Positions 8,458 through 15,997 of a stretch of DNA of 32,000 bases are shown here, in pieces (within the stretch, counting starts at the first letter, position 1; each line of letters opens with the position of its first letter). Below the pieces are notes generated by a model that was given only the letters and a program-made list of their open reading frames with translations, was not told where the DNA came from and ran no database searches. Origin of the DNA: Opitutia bacterium (lineage in GTDB: Bacteria; Verrucomicrobiota; Verrucomicrobiia; Opitutales; Coraliomargaritaceae). Position numbers and translations under genes: made by a program. The DNA lies in contig JBELLU010000015.1 of assembly GCA_042096455.1 (NCBI GenBank), forward strand, positions 332 to 32,331, read 5' to 3'.

Positions 8458-10593
8458 ATGAAGCTAAAACCGCGTTTACTAGAAGAATTCAAGCCGGCGA
8501 GTCAAAGCGAATGGCGTGACGCCACCGAGCAGTTATTGAAGGGCAAACCCTTCGATAAATTAATGAAGGAAATGACACCGGAGGGGATTGAACTGGAATC
8601 CATTTTCTGGAAAGACGTGCTGGATGATTGCACCGCGGCACAGACCCTGCCGGGTTATGACGGCTACCTCCGTGGCACCGAAATCGCCGGCAAAGCGAAG
8701 CAAGGCTGGCAGATTGCGCAGGACCTCGCGGTCGGTTCGCCCGAGGCGTTTAATGCCGCCGCTCATGAGGCGATCCATGGAGGTCAACACGCCCTCCGGA
8801 TTACCTTTGATCAGGCGACCCTCAACGGCATGGATCCACCCGACGCCCATCCCGGCGAGGTGGGACTTTGCGGTCTCTCCCTTTCAACCCGTCAGGACTT
8901 TGACACCGCGTTCAAGGGCATCGATCCCAGCGAGACGCCCCTCCACCTGAGCACCCGCTGTTCCGGCCTCGGTTTGGCGGCGCTTTTTTTCAACTGGCTC
9001 CAAGCAGCCGGGCATAATCCCGCCGACGCCAAGGGCAGCTTTGCGGCAGACCCGCTCGCGGACCTCGCCAGTCTGGGCCGGCTCCCCACCAATATGGAGG
9101 CGCTTTTTAATGAGCAATTTGCGCTCGCGGACTATTGCATCCGTCAGGCGCCGCAGTTTCAGGCGCTCGGCGTCAGCACCCTGCCCTATCACATGGCGGG
9201 AGCTTCCGCAGTGGATGAACTCGCAAGCGCGCTCGCAAGCGGCAGTCTTTATCTGGATGAAATGACGCGGCGCGGACTTTCGATCAATGAGGTCGCCCCG
9301 CAAATTCGCTTCACCCTCACGATTGGCTCAAACTTTTTCATGGAGATCGCTAAATTCCGGGCGATGCGCGTGCTCTGGTCGCAGGTTGTCGAAGCCTATG
9401 GCGGGAATCACGAGGCGCAGAAGATCAAACTCCACGCCCGCACCGGTCTCTACAATAAAACTCAGATTGACCCCTATGTGAATATGCTGCGCACCAGCAC
9501 CGAGGCGCTCAGCGCTGCGATTGCAGGGGTCGATAGTATGTGCGTGGGGCATTTCGATGAAGTCCTGAGCCCCTCCAACCCCTTCAGCCAACGCATTGCC
9601 CGCAATTCGCAAATCATCCTCCAAGAGGAGTGCGGACTGACCGAGGTTGCCGACCCTGCGGGCGGTTCCTGGGCGGTTGAATGGCTCACCGGCAAGATTG
9701 CCGAACGCAGCTGGACCCGCTTTCAGGAAATCGAAGCGGAGGGCGGCATCCTCAGTTCCCTCCGCAAGGGATCCCTCAAGCAATCCCTCGCCCAAACCGC
9801 CTCGCTCAAAGAGAAGCAATTCCAGCACCGCCGCCGTGGCCTCGTCGGTACCAACCTCTATCCCAACACCCAGGAGGTTCCACCGCCCGATCAAACAACA
9901 ACCTCGGAAGCCGCCCTCGCGGAGCGCATCAAAACATACAACAGTCATCGCGCCCAGCGCAGCTCGGAGGCGATCCGGCGACTGGCAGAGATTCTCGGAC
10001 ACAAGGCGTGCTCCGACTACCGCGCGGTCTTCAGCGAATGCATCAAGGCGGCACGCGCCGGCGCAACCCTAGGCGAAATCAGCCGCTCGGTTCGTTCGGA
10101 GGTGCAACCCGAGCACCCCATTGAAGCGTTGCCGCACAAACGACTTGCCGAACCCTTTGAGGTCATCCTGCGCAAGGTCGCGGACTTCAAGGCACGCAAT
10201 GGCAAGTCACCCAGCATCGGCCTCCTCAACCTCGGCAGCCTCCCAAGGCACAAAGCCCGCAGCGATTTTTCCACGGCGTTCTTTGAGGCGGGCGGGTTCC
10301 AAATCGAATCCTCGCCGCCCCTGCTCAACGCCGACGATGTCCTCAGCGCCATCGAAAAGACCGAGGCTGCGATTGTCGTGATTTGTGGTCATGATGCCGA
10401 CTACGCCGAACATCTCACGAGCTACGCCCGCGCCATCAAATCGGTGCGACCAGAAGTCAAACTCGTGCTTGCGGGATTCCCGGGCGACCAGGAGCAAGCC
10501 TACCGCGATGCCGGGATGGATGACTTCATTCACATCAAGTCCAACCATCTCGCCGTCAATCAAGCCTATCTCGCCGAGCTTGGAATCGCCTAG
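8458..10593 (+). CDS. mutA: methylmalonyl-CoA mutase small (beta) subunit
   Basis: MCM-like barrel region ([28 protein letters not shown]). The C-terminal Rossmann-like domain lacks the DxHxxG cobalamin-ligand motif ([10 protein letters not shown] instead). ATG at 8458; the track's TTG at 8416 adds 14 aa of AT-rich leader. Confidence 0.85.
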   Translation: MKLKPRLLEEFKPASQSEWRDATEQLLKGKPFDKLMKEMTPEGIELESIFWKDVLDDCTAAQTLPGYDGYLRGTEIAGKAKQGWQIAQDLAVGSPEAFNAAAHEAIHGGQHALRITFDQATLNGMDPPDAHPGEVGLCGLSLSTRQDFDTAFKGIDPSETPLHLSTRCSGLGLAALFFNWLQAAGHNPADAKGSFAADPLADLASLGRLPTNMEALFNEQFALADYCIRQAPQFQALGVSTLPYHMAGASAVDELASALASGSLYLDEMTRRGLSINEVAPQIRFTLTIGSNFFMEIAKFRAMRVLWSQVVEAYGGNHEAQKIKLHARTGLYNKTQIDPYVNMLRTSTEALSAAIAGVDSMCVGHFDEVLSPSNPFSQRIARNSQIILQEECGLTEVADPAGGSWAVEWLTGKIAERSWTRFQEIEAEGGILSSLRKGSLKQSLAQTASLKEKQFQHRRRGLVGTNLYPNTQEVPPPDQTTTSEAALAERIKTYNSHRAQRSSEAIRRLAEILGHKACSDYRAVFSECIKAARAGATLGEISRSVRSEVQPEHPIEALPHKRLAEPFEVILRKVADFKARNGKSPSIGLLNLGSLPRHKARSDFSTAFFEAGGFQIESSPPLLNADDVLSAIEKTEAAIVVICGHDADYAEHLTSYARAIKSVRPEVKLVLAGFPGDQEQAYRDAGMDDFIHIKSNHLAVNQAYLAELGIA

Positions 10594-10634
10594 CAACCAA
10601 TTCAATTTGCACACAACGCTTTCAAAAAAACGCC

Positions 10635-12824
10635 ATGAATAAACCCGACTTCACGCAAATTCCATTCAAGGAAGCCATTCCGCAAGCCGACGAGGCCATC
10701 TGGCGCGCCCGGTTGGAGTCCGCCACCGGTATGACTCCCGAGCAAATCGCCAAACCCACCCTGGAGCAAATTGACCGGCACCCGCTTTATACCGCAAAGG
10801 ACTATGCCGGGATGGAACACCTCGATTTCACGGCGGGCATCGAACCCTACCTGCGTGGCCCCTACGCCAGCATGTATGCCTTCCGGCCCTGGACGGTGCG
10901 GCAATACGCGGGGTTTTCAACCGCCGAGGAATCGAACGCCTTTTATCGCCGCAACATCGCCGCCGGGCAACAAGGGCTCTCGGTCGCGTTCGACCTCGCC
11001 ACCCACCGTGGCTACGACTCCGACCATCCCCGCGTCTTCAGTGATGTCGGGAAAGCCGGGGTCGCGATCGACTCGATTGAGGACATGCAAATTCTCTTTG
11101 ATCAAATCGACCTTTCGAAAGTCTCGGTCTCGATGACCATGAACGGCGCCGTCATTCCGATTCTCGCCTTCTACATTCTTGCGGGACTCGAACAGGGCTG
11201 CAAACACGAGCAACTGACCGGTACGATTCAAAACGACATCCTCAAGGAATTCATGGTGCGGAACACCTACATCTACCCGCCCGAGCCCTCCATGCGCATT
11301 ATTGGCGACATCTTTGACTATACCTCAAAGAAGATGCCGAAGTTCAACTCCATCTCCATCTCCGGTTATCACATGCAGGAAGCGGGTGCCACCGCCGACC
11401 TGGAAATGGGTTACACCCTTGCGGATGGACTCGAATACCTGAGAACCGGAATTAACGCCGGGCTCGACATCGACGCCTTCGCCCCCCGCCTCTCCTTCTT
11501 CTGGGCGATCGGGAAGGATTTCTTCATGGAAATCGCCAAGATGCGCGCCGCCCGTTGCCTCTGGGCAAAAATCGTCAAGCAGTTCGATCCGAAAAATCCC
11601 AAGTCACTGGCGCTGCGGACCCACTCCCAAACCTCGGGCTGGTCACTCACCGAGCAGGATCCATTCAACAACGTCACCCGTACCTGCATCGAGGCATTCG
11701 CCGCCGCCTGTGGACACACCCAATCCCTCCACACCAACGCCCTCGACGAGGCCATCGCCCTGCCCACCGATTTCTCGGCGCGCATCGCACGCAATACCCA
11801 GCTTTACATCCAGCACGAGACCGGGATGACCCGCTTTATCGACCCATGGGCGGGCAGTTATTACGTCGAGTCCCTCACGCATGAACTCATGCACAAAGCC
11901 TGGGCGCACATTGAAGAGTGCGAACAACACGGCGGCATGACCAAGGCAATCGAGGCCGGCATCCCGAAACTCCGCATCGAGGAAGCCGCCGCCCGCCGGC
12001 AGGCTCGCATTGACTCCGGTCAGGAAACCATCGTCGGGCTCAACAAGCACCGCCTCGAAAAAGAAGAACCGCTTGAAATTCTCGAAGTGGACAACTCCGC
12101 GGTGCGCGAATCACAAATCGCCCGCCTTAAAAAGCTCAAGGCGAAGCGCGATAACCTCGCGGTTGAAAAAGCCCTCCTCGCGATCAGCGAAGCCGCAGCC
12201 TCGGGTCAGGGCAACCTCCTCGAACTTGCGGTCGAGGCCGCTGCCAAACGCGCCACCCTTGGCGAAATCTCCACCGCCATCGAATCGGTTGTCGGTCGGT
12301 ATCAAGCCAACATCCGCTCCATTTCCGGCATCTACGCCAGCGAATTCGGAAACAGTTCCAAGATGAATACCATTAAAGAAAAAATAGAAACCTTTGAAAC
12401 CCGCGAGGGCCGCCGTCCGCGCATCCTGATCGCCAAGATGGGTCAGGACGGTCACGACCGCGGCGCCAAAGTGGTCGCCACCGGGTATGCCGACCTCGGC
12501 TATGATGTCGATATCGGCCCGCTCTTCCAAACGCCCGCCGAAACCGCCCGCCAAGCGGTGGAAAACGACTGCCATGTCGTCGCAATGTCCTCCCTCGCCG
12601 CCGGACACAAGACCCTCCTGCCGGAACTGATGGCGGAATTGAAAGCGCTTGGACGTCCGGATATAATGGTGGTCTGCGGCGGAGTCATCCCGAGTCAGGA
12701 CTACGACTTCCTCAAAGCGAAGGGCGCGAAGGCGATCTTCGGTCCCGGCACCGTCATCCCGGATTCCGCGATCGAGATTCTGGATCTCCTCCTCGCCGGG
12801 GAAAGCCTGGAAAAAGTCGGCTGA
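10635..12824 (+). CDS. mutB: methylmalonyl-CoA mutase large (alpha) subunit, B12-dependent
   Basis: 729 aa. Blocks [37 protein letters not shown] and [13 protein letters not shown], plus the C-terminal B12-binding motif [13 protein letters not shown] (DxHxxG). Confidence 0.95.
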   Translation: MNKPDFTQIPFKEAIPQADEAIWRARLESATGMTPEQIAKPTLEQIDRHPLYTAKDYAGMEHLDFTAGIEPYLRGPYASMYAFRPWTVRQYAGFSTAEESNAFYRRNIAAGQQGLSVAFDLATHRGYDSDHPRVFSDVGKAGVAIDSIEDMQILFDQIDLSKVSVSMTMNGAVIPILAFYILAGLEQGCKHEQLTGTIQNDILKEFMVRNTYIYPPEPSMRIIGDIFDYTSKKMPKFNSISISGYHMQEAGATADLEMGYTLADGLEYLRTGINAGLDIDAFAPRLSFFWAIGKDFFMEIAKMRAARCLWAKIVKQFDPKNPKSLALRTHSQTSGWSLTEQDPFNNVTRTCIEAFAAACGHTQSLHTNALDEAIALPTDFSARIARNTQLYIQHETGMTRFIDPWAGSYYVESLTHELMHKAWAHIEECEQHGGMTKAIEAGIPKLRIEEAAARRQARIDSGQETIVGLNKHRLEKEEPLEILEVDNSAVRESQIARLKKLKAKRDNLAVEKALLAISEAAASGQGNLLELAVEAAAKRATLGEISTAIESVVGRYQANIRSISGIYASEFGNSSKMNTIKEKIETFETREGRRPRILIAKMGQDGHDRGAKVVATGYADLGYDVDIGPLFQTPAETARQAVENDCHVVAMSSLAAGHKTLLPELMAELKALGRPDIMVVCGGVIPSQDYDFLKAKGAKAIFGPGTVIPDSAIEILDLLLAGESLEKVG

Positions 12825-12881
12825 TTCAAAGAAACCTGCGCTTTTACTTTAAAAAGCGGGTAAACCTGCTTTCTTGAAAGG

Positions 12882-13430
12882 ATGTCTATCGCAACCAAAA
12901 CCGGGGACGACGGCACCACCGCCCTCCTATTCGGCAAGCGCGTCCCGAAGACGCACCCGCGCATCATGACCAATGGTCAGATTGATGAACTCGGGGCAGC
13001 CCTCGGGCTTTGCCGCGCCTTCACCAAACAGGATGCGGTGCGGCCCAGCCTCCTGCAGATCCAAAAGGAACTCATTCATTTCATGGGCGAACTCGCCTGC
13101 GAAAACAGCCATCAGGAACGCTACCTCGAGAAATACGCCGCGCAGGCAATCCAACCGGAAATGGTGGAACGCCTCACCGAGAATATCCACACCATCGAGC
13201 GCCGCATGGGAAGCTTCGATGGTTGGCGTCACCCCGGCGAATCCCCTGCCGAGGCTTGCTTTGATTCCGCCCGCACCCTTTGCCGGCGCGCCGAACGTGC
13301 CCTCATCGCATTGCGCGAATCCGGCGCGAGCGTCCGCGATGTCCTCATCCAATACCTCAACCGCCTCAGCGACCTGCTTTGGCTCTGGGGTCGCGACGAA
13401 AACCCGCCGGAATCAACTACGGAAAAATAA
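12882..13430 (+). CDS. pduO: PduO-type ATP:cob(I)alamin adenosyltransferase
   Basis: 182 aa. The N-terminal TKTGDDGTTAL motif and the helical-bundle length are typical of PduO/MMAB-type adenosyltransferases. Lies immediately downstream of mutB. Confidence 0.85.
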   Translation: MSIATKTGDDGTTALLFGKRVPKTHPRIMTNGQIDELGAALGLCRAFTKQDAVRPSLLQIQKELIHFMGELACENSHQERYLEKYAAQAIQPEMVERLTENIHTIERRMGSFDGWRHPGESPAEACFDSARTLCRRAERALIALRESGASVRDVLIQYLNRLSDLLWLWGRDENPPESTTEK

Positions 13431-13537
13431 AAGTCCCCTAATCTTTTAAAAATGTTTGTCAGCCCAGCCCGCCCCTCTGTAAACTTCCTATCAATTATTT
13501 TCACCTACAATCAATTCACACAAACGAGAATTAGCAC

Positions 13538-14569
13538 ATGCCAGTAGCAACGCCGAAACAATACGAAGCCATGATTGACGCCGCCCAGAAGGGCAACTAC
13601 GCCTACCCGGCCGTCAACATCACTTCCATCACAACCATCAACGCCGCCCTCAAGGCCTTTGCCGATGCAAAGTCTGACGGTATTATTCAGGTCTCCACCG
13701 GTGGCGGACAGTTTGCTTCAGGCCTCAATGTCAGCGACGCCGCCTTTGGCGCACAGGTACTCGCGGAGGCAACCCACGCCCTCGCCGAGAAATACGACGT
13801 TCTGGTTGCCCTGCACACCGACCACTGCCACCCCGAGAAGGTTGACGGTTTCCTCAAGCCCCTGCTCGAGGCTTCCCGCAAACGTATCGCGGAGGGCAAA
13901 GGCCCCCTCTTCCAGTCACACATGTTTGACGGATCGGTCGTTGCGCTCGACGAAAATCTGGAGCTCTCCAAGACCCTCCTCAAGGAATGCGCCGAGCTCA
14001 ATATCATCCTCGAAGTCGAAGCCGGCTGCGTCGGCGGTGAAGAAGACGGGCACGACACCTCCGGCCTCCCCGCCGAAAAACTCTACACCACCCCCGCGGA
14101 TATGCTCGAAGTTTACGAAGCGCTCCAGCCCATTGGCCGCTTCATCTTCGCCGCCACCTTTGGCAACGTCCACGGTGCCTACAAACCCGGCGCGGTTCAA
14201 CTCAAGCCCACCATCCTGCGCGATGGCCAAAAAGCGGTCACCGAAAAACACGGTGACGAAGCCTTCATGGATCTCGTCTTCCACGGGGGCTCCGGTTCCG
14301 AACTCAGCGATATCCGCGAAACCCTCAACTACGGTGTCATTAAAATGAACATCGATACCGACACGCAATACGCCTTCACCCGACCCATCGTCACCCACAT
14401 CGGTGAAAACATCGAGGGCGTCCTCAAGATCGACGGCGAAGTGGGCAACAAAAAGACCTACGATCCCCGCAGCTACCTGAAGAAAGCCGAAGCCAACATG
14501 GCAGCGCGCCTCGTACAGGCATGCGAAGATCTATGCTCCACCGGTAAGACCATTTTCGGCACGGTCTAA
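13538..14569 (+). CDS. fba: class II fructose-1,6-bisphosphate aldolase
   Basis: 343 aa. Blocks YAYPAVNITS, IIQVSTGGG, ALHTDHC, FGNVHGAYKPG and FHGGSGS. Confidence 0.9.
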   Translation: MPVATPKQYEAMIDAAQKGNYAYPAVNITSITTINAALKAFADAKSDGIIQVSTGGGQFASGLNVSDAAFGAQVLAEATHALAEKYDVLVALHTDHCHPEKVDGFLKPLLEASRKRIAEGKGPLFQSHMFDGSVVALDENLELSKTLLKECAELNIILEVEAGCVGGEEDGHDTSGLPAEKLYTTPADMLEVYEALQPIGRFIFAATFGNVHGAYKPGAVQLKPTILRDGQKAVTEKHGDEAFMDLVFHGGSGSELSDIRETLNYGVIKMNIDTDTQYAFTRPIVTHIGENIEGVLKIDGEVGNKKTYDPRSYLKKAEANMAARLVQACEDLCSTGKTIFGTV

Positions 14570-14601
14570 TCATTCAAGCCCACCGAGGCGGTTCAATTTC
14601 A

Positions 14602-14634
14602 AGCGCCACCACGTAAATGTGGGGGCGCTTTTTT
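14602..14634. terminator. hairpin plus T-run between convergent fba and sco (likely intrinsic terminator for fba, possibly bidirectional)
   Basis: AGCGCCACCAC (14602-14612), loop GTAAAT, GTGGGGGCGCT (14619-14629). This is an 11-bp stem with one mismatch, followed by a T-run to 14634. It overlaps the TAA of the minus-strand sco gene (14633-14635). Confidence 0.6.
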
Positions 14635-15289
14635 ATGCCCCATCCATAAGGGCGCGTGCCGCTTCGATGAATTGCTCCGCGCTCCAATCGGGCCCGCGTT
14701 GCTTGAGCGCGACCCGACCCTCGGCATCAACCAGGAAAGTCACGCTGTTGTGGGTGATGGTGTCGTTTTCTTCCCGCGTGAGAATCCCAAAGAGATAGAG
14801 GAGGCTTTCGATGAATCCCTCGCGCGGATAAGTCAGGAGGTCAAAATTGTGATCTGCGATGCCGAAGGTTTTCGCATACCTGCGCAAAACCGCCGGTGTA
14901 TCGTAGCCGGGATCAAAGGTGATGGTGACAAAACGAAGACCGGGTAGACCCTTTGCGGGCGCCTCGCGCTGCAGGCCCGCCATCCGACTCGTAGAGGCGG
15001 GACACATCTGCGCCACTTGACAACGGGTGAAAATAAAATTCAGGACAAATACCTTACCCTGCAAATCACTCGTGCGCACAATCGCGCCCGCCTGATTTAC
15101 CAAACCGAATTCCGGCAAGGCATCACCCTCCTTCAACGCAATCCCGCGCCCGCGTTCCAGAATGCTTTCTTCAAGCGCGGCATTGCTCGCCCTCAACTCT
15201 ACGGGCAAATCCAGCTCCGGCCAGCTCCCCGCCGCCAGAGAAGATACAAGCGTGAAAATCACAAAACCGGTGGTCCATATACATTGCAT
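14633..15289 (-). CDS. SCO1/SenC-family thioredoxin-fold protein (copper chaperone / thiol-disulfide oxidoreductase)
   Basis: FIFTRCQVAQMCP (Cx5CP variant of the SCO CxxxCP motif), VTITFDPGYDTPAVLRRYAKTFG and ITHNSVTFLVDAEGRV (conserved His). Start placed at ATG 15289, giving the signal-like N-terminus MQCIWTTGFVIFTLVSSLAAG. The track's ATG at 15394 adds 35 aa with lower third-position GC (17/35 by hand), so the start is uncertain. Confidence 0.75.
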   Translation of the reverse strand: MQCIWTTGFVIFTLVSSLAAGSWPELDLPVELRASNAALEESILERGRGIALKEGDALPEFGLVNQAGAIVRTSDLQGKVFVLNFIFTRCQVAQMCPASTSRMAGLQREAPAKGLPGLRFVTITFDPGYDTPAVLRRYAKTFGIADHNFDLLTYPREGFIESLLYLFGILTREENDTITHNSVTFLVDAEGRVALKQRGPDWSAEQFIEAARALMDGA

Positions 15290-15459
15290 GAAAGTATAAT
15301 AAAGAACACACCCACGCGGGCAAGCAGTAAGCACTCCAATGACGACGCCTTTCCACCATCGCACCACTAACCTATTCGTGGTTTGATTCACCATTGAGGC
15401 ACCAAGGCCACGGAGTGGTTATGGGGTTGGAAGTTGTTAGTTGAACCTTGGAAGCGTAG

Positions 15460-15513
15460 AAGCGACACTCCTGTCGCTTTCCAGCAACAAGAAAAGCGGC
15501 AGGAGTGCCGCTT
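15460..15513. repeat. pair of inverted 20-nt hairpin elements with complementary tetraloops
   Basis: AAGCGACA-CTCC-TGTCGCTT (15460-15479) and AAGCGGCA-GGAG-TGCCGCTT (15494-15513). The second is the reverse complement of the first except at two positions (6 and 15), which pair with each other (A-T becomes G-C). Confidence 0.7.
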
Positions 15514-15562
15514 CCACGAGATACAACCTATGTCGTAATTCAACGTTCCTCCTTATTTAGAG

Positions 15563-15592
15563 TAAGAATAAGATTAGGATTAAGATTAAGAC
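15563..15592. repeat. hexamer tandem repeat, five units
   Basis: TAAGAA TAAGAT TAGGAT TAAGAT TAAGAC, read directly from 15563-15592. Confidence 0.8.
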
Positions 15593-15877
15593 TGATCCCA
15601 ACTAACAACGTTCAACGATCAAACCCTTCCCCATTCCTGCCTTTCGTGCTTTTCGTGGTTCAATATATAAAACCACGAACCCGGCTTAGCCGGGAACCGC
15701 TCATCCTCGCTTATAAACACTAATATTCTTATAGTATTGTTTTTAGCATTAGTAGATATTAGCGCCCATTAGCGGTCGCCAGCTAAGCTGGCCTCAGGGC
15801 AGATTATAGGAAACTACCAATCACACCGATTACGCGAATGTGTGAGCCTCCTCTAAGTTAAATTATATAACACAGAT

Positions 15878-15958
15878 CCTCCGCTCCTCCGCTCCTCCGC
15901 GCTAAAATAAAAAAAAAGAGCCCCTCCGCTCCTCCGCTCCTCCGCGTTAAAATAAAAA
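15878..15958. repeat. two 36-nt direct repeats (45-bp period), each built from tandem CTCCTCCG octamers plus TAAAATAAAAA
   Basis: 15878-15913 is cctccgctcctccgctcctccgcgCtaaaataaaaa and 15923-15958 is cctccgctcctccgctcctccgcgTtaaaataaaaa, identical at 35/36 positions. Confidence 0.85.
15909..15932 (-). terminator. weak candidate intrinsic terminator of the ftsZ transcript
   Basis: The minus-strand RNA is GGAGC-GGAGGG-GCUCU (5-bp stem including one G-U pair, 15917-15932) followed by U9 (A-run 15909-15917 on plus). It lies ~70 nt downstream of the ftsZ stop. The stem is short, so this is tentative. Confidence 0.3.
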
Positions 15959-15997
15959 CTCTGAGTTAAATCATAAACGCAGAGCCTCGAATCGCGC

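Noticed and set aside
12839-12858. Hairpin CGCTTTT-ACTTTA-AAAAGCG in the mutB-pduO spacer as a terminator or attenuator, and hairpin CCTAGGC-TGT-GCTTAGG at 331-347 after the partial ORF.
   Set aside because: The stems are short (7 bp, mostly A-T or including a wobble) and neither is followed by a T-run. The downstream genes are co-oriented and probably co-transcribed.
15505-15723. 72-aa plus-strand ORF (GTG start) in the sco-ftsZ spacer.
   Set aside because: It reads through the hexamer repeat as RVRIRLGLRLRLI. It has no SD or family signal and lies in AT-rich, repeat-dominated DNA, so it is most likely spurious.
15852-15875. dif-like XerC/D site (GTTAAAT followed by TATATA, an imperfect palindrome GTTAAATTATATAAC).
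   Set aside because: Only one arm resembles the XerD half-site of E. coli dif. The other arm (ACACAGATCC) shows no inverted symmetry, so a call cannot be supported without a lineage-specific dif model.
15878-15958. Possible CRISPR array suggested by the regularly spaced direct repeats.
   Set aside because: There are only two copies with a 9-nt spacer, the repeats are internally tandem and low-complexity, and there are no cas genes in the window.
15395-15997. A known housekeeping ncRNA (tmRNA, RNase P RNA, SRP RNA, 6S RNA) in the 600-bp gap.
   Set aside because: I could not find the conserved cores I know, such as the RNase P GGAAAGTCCGG-type motif, a tRNA-like 3' end ...CCACCA, or the SRP domain IV GGAA-loop context. 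This visual search is not exhaustive, and an Infernal/Rfam scan would be decisive.
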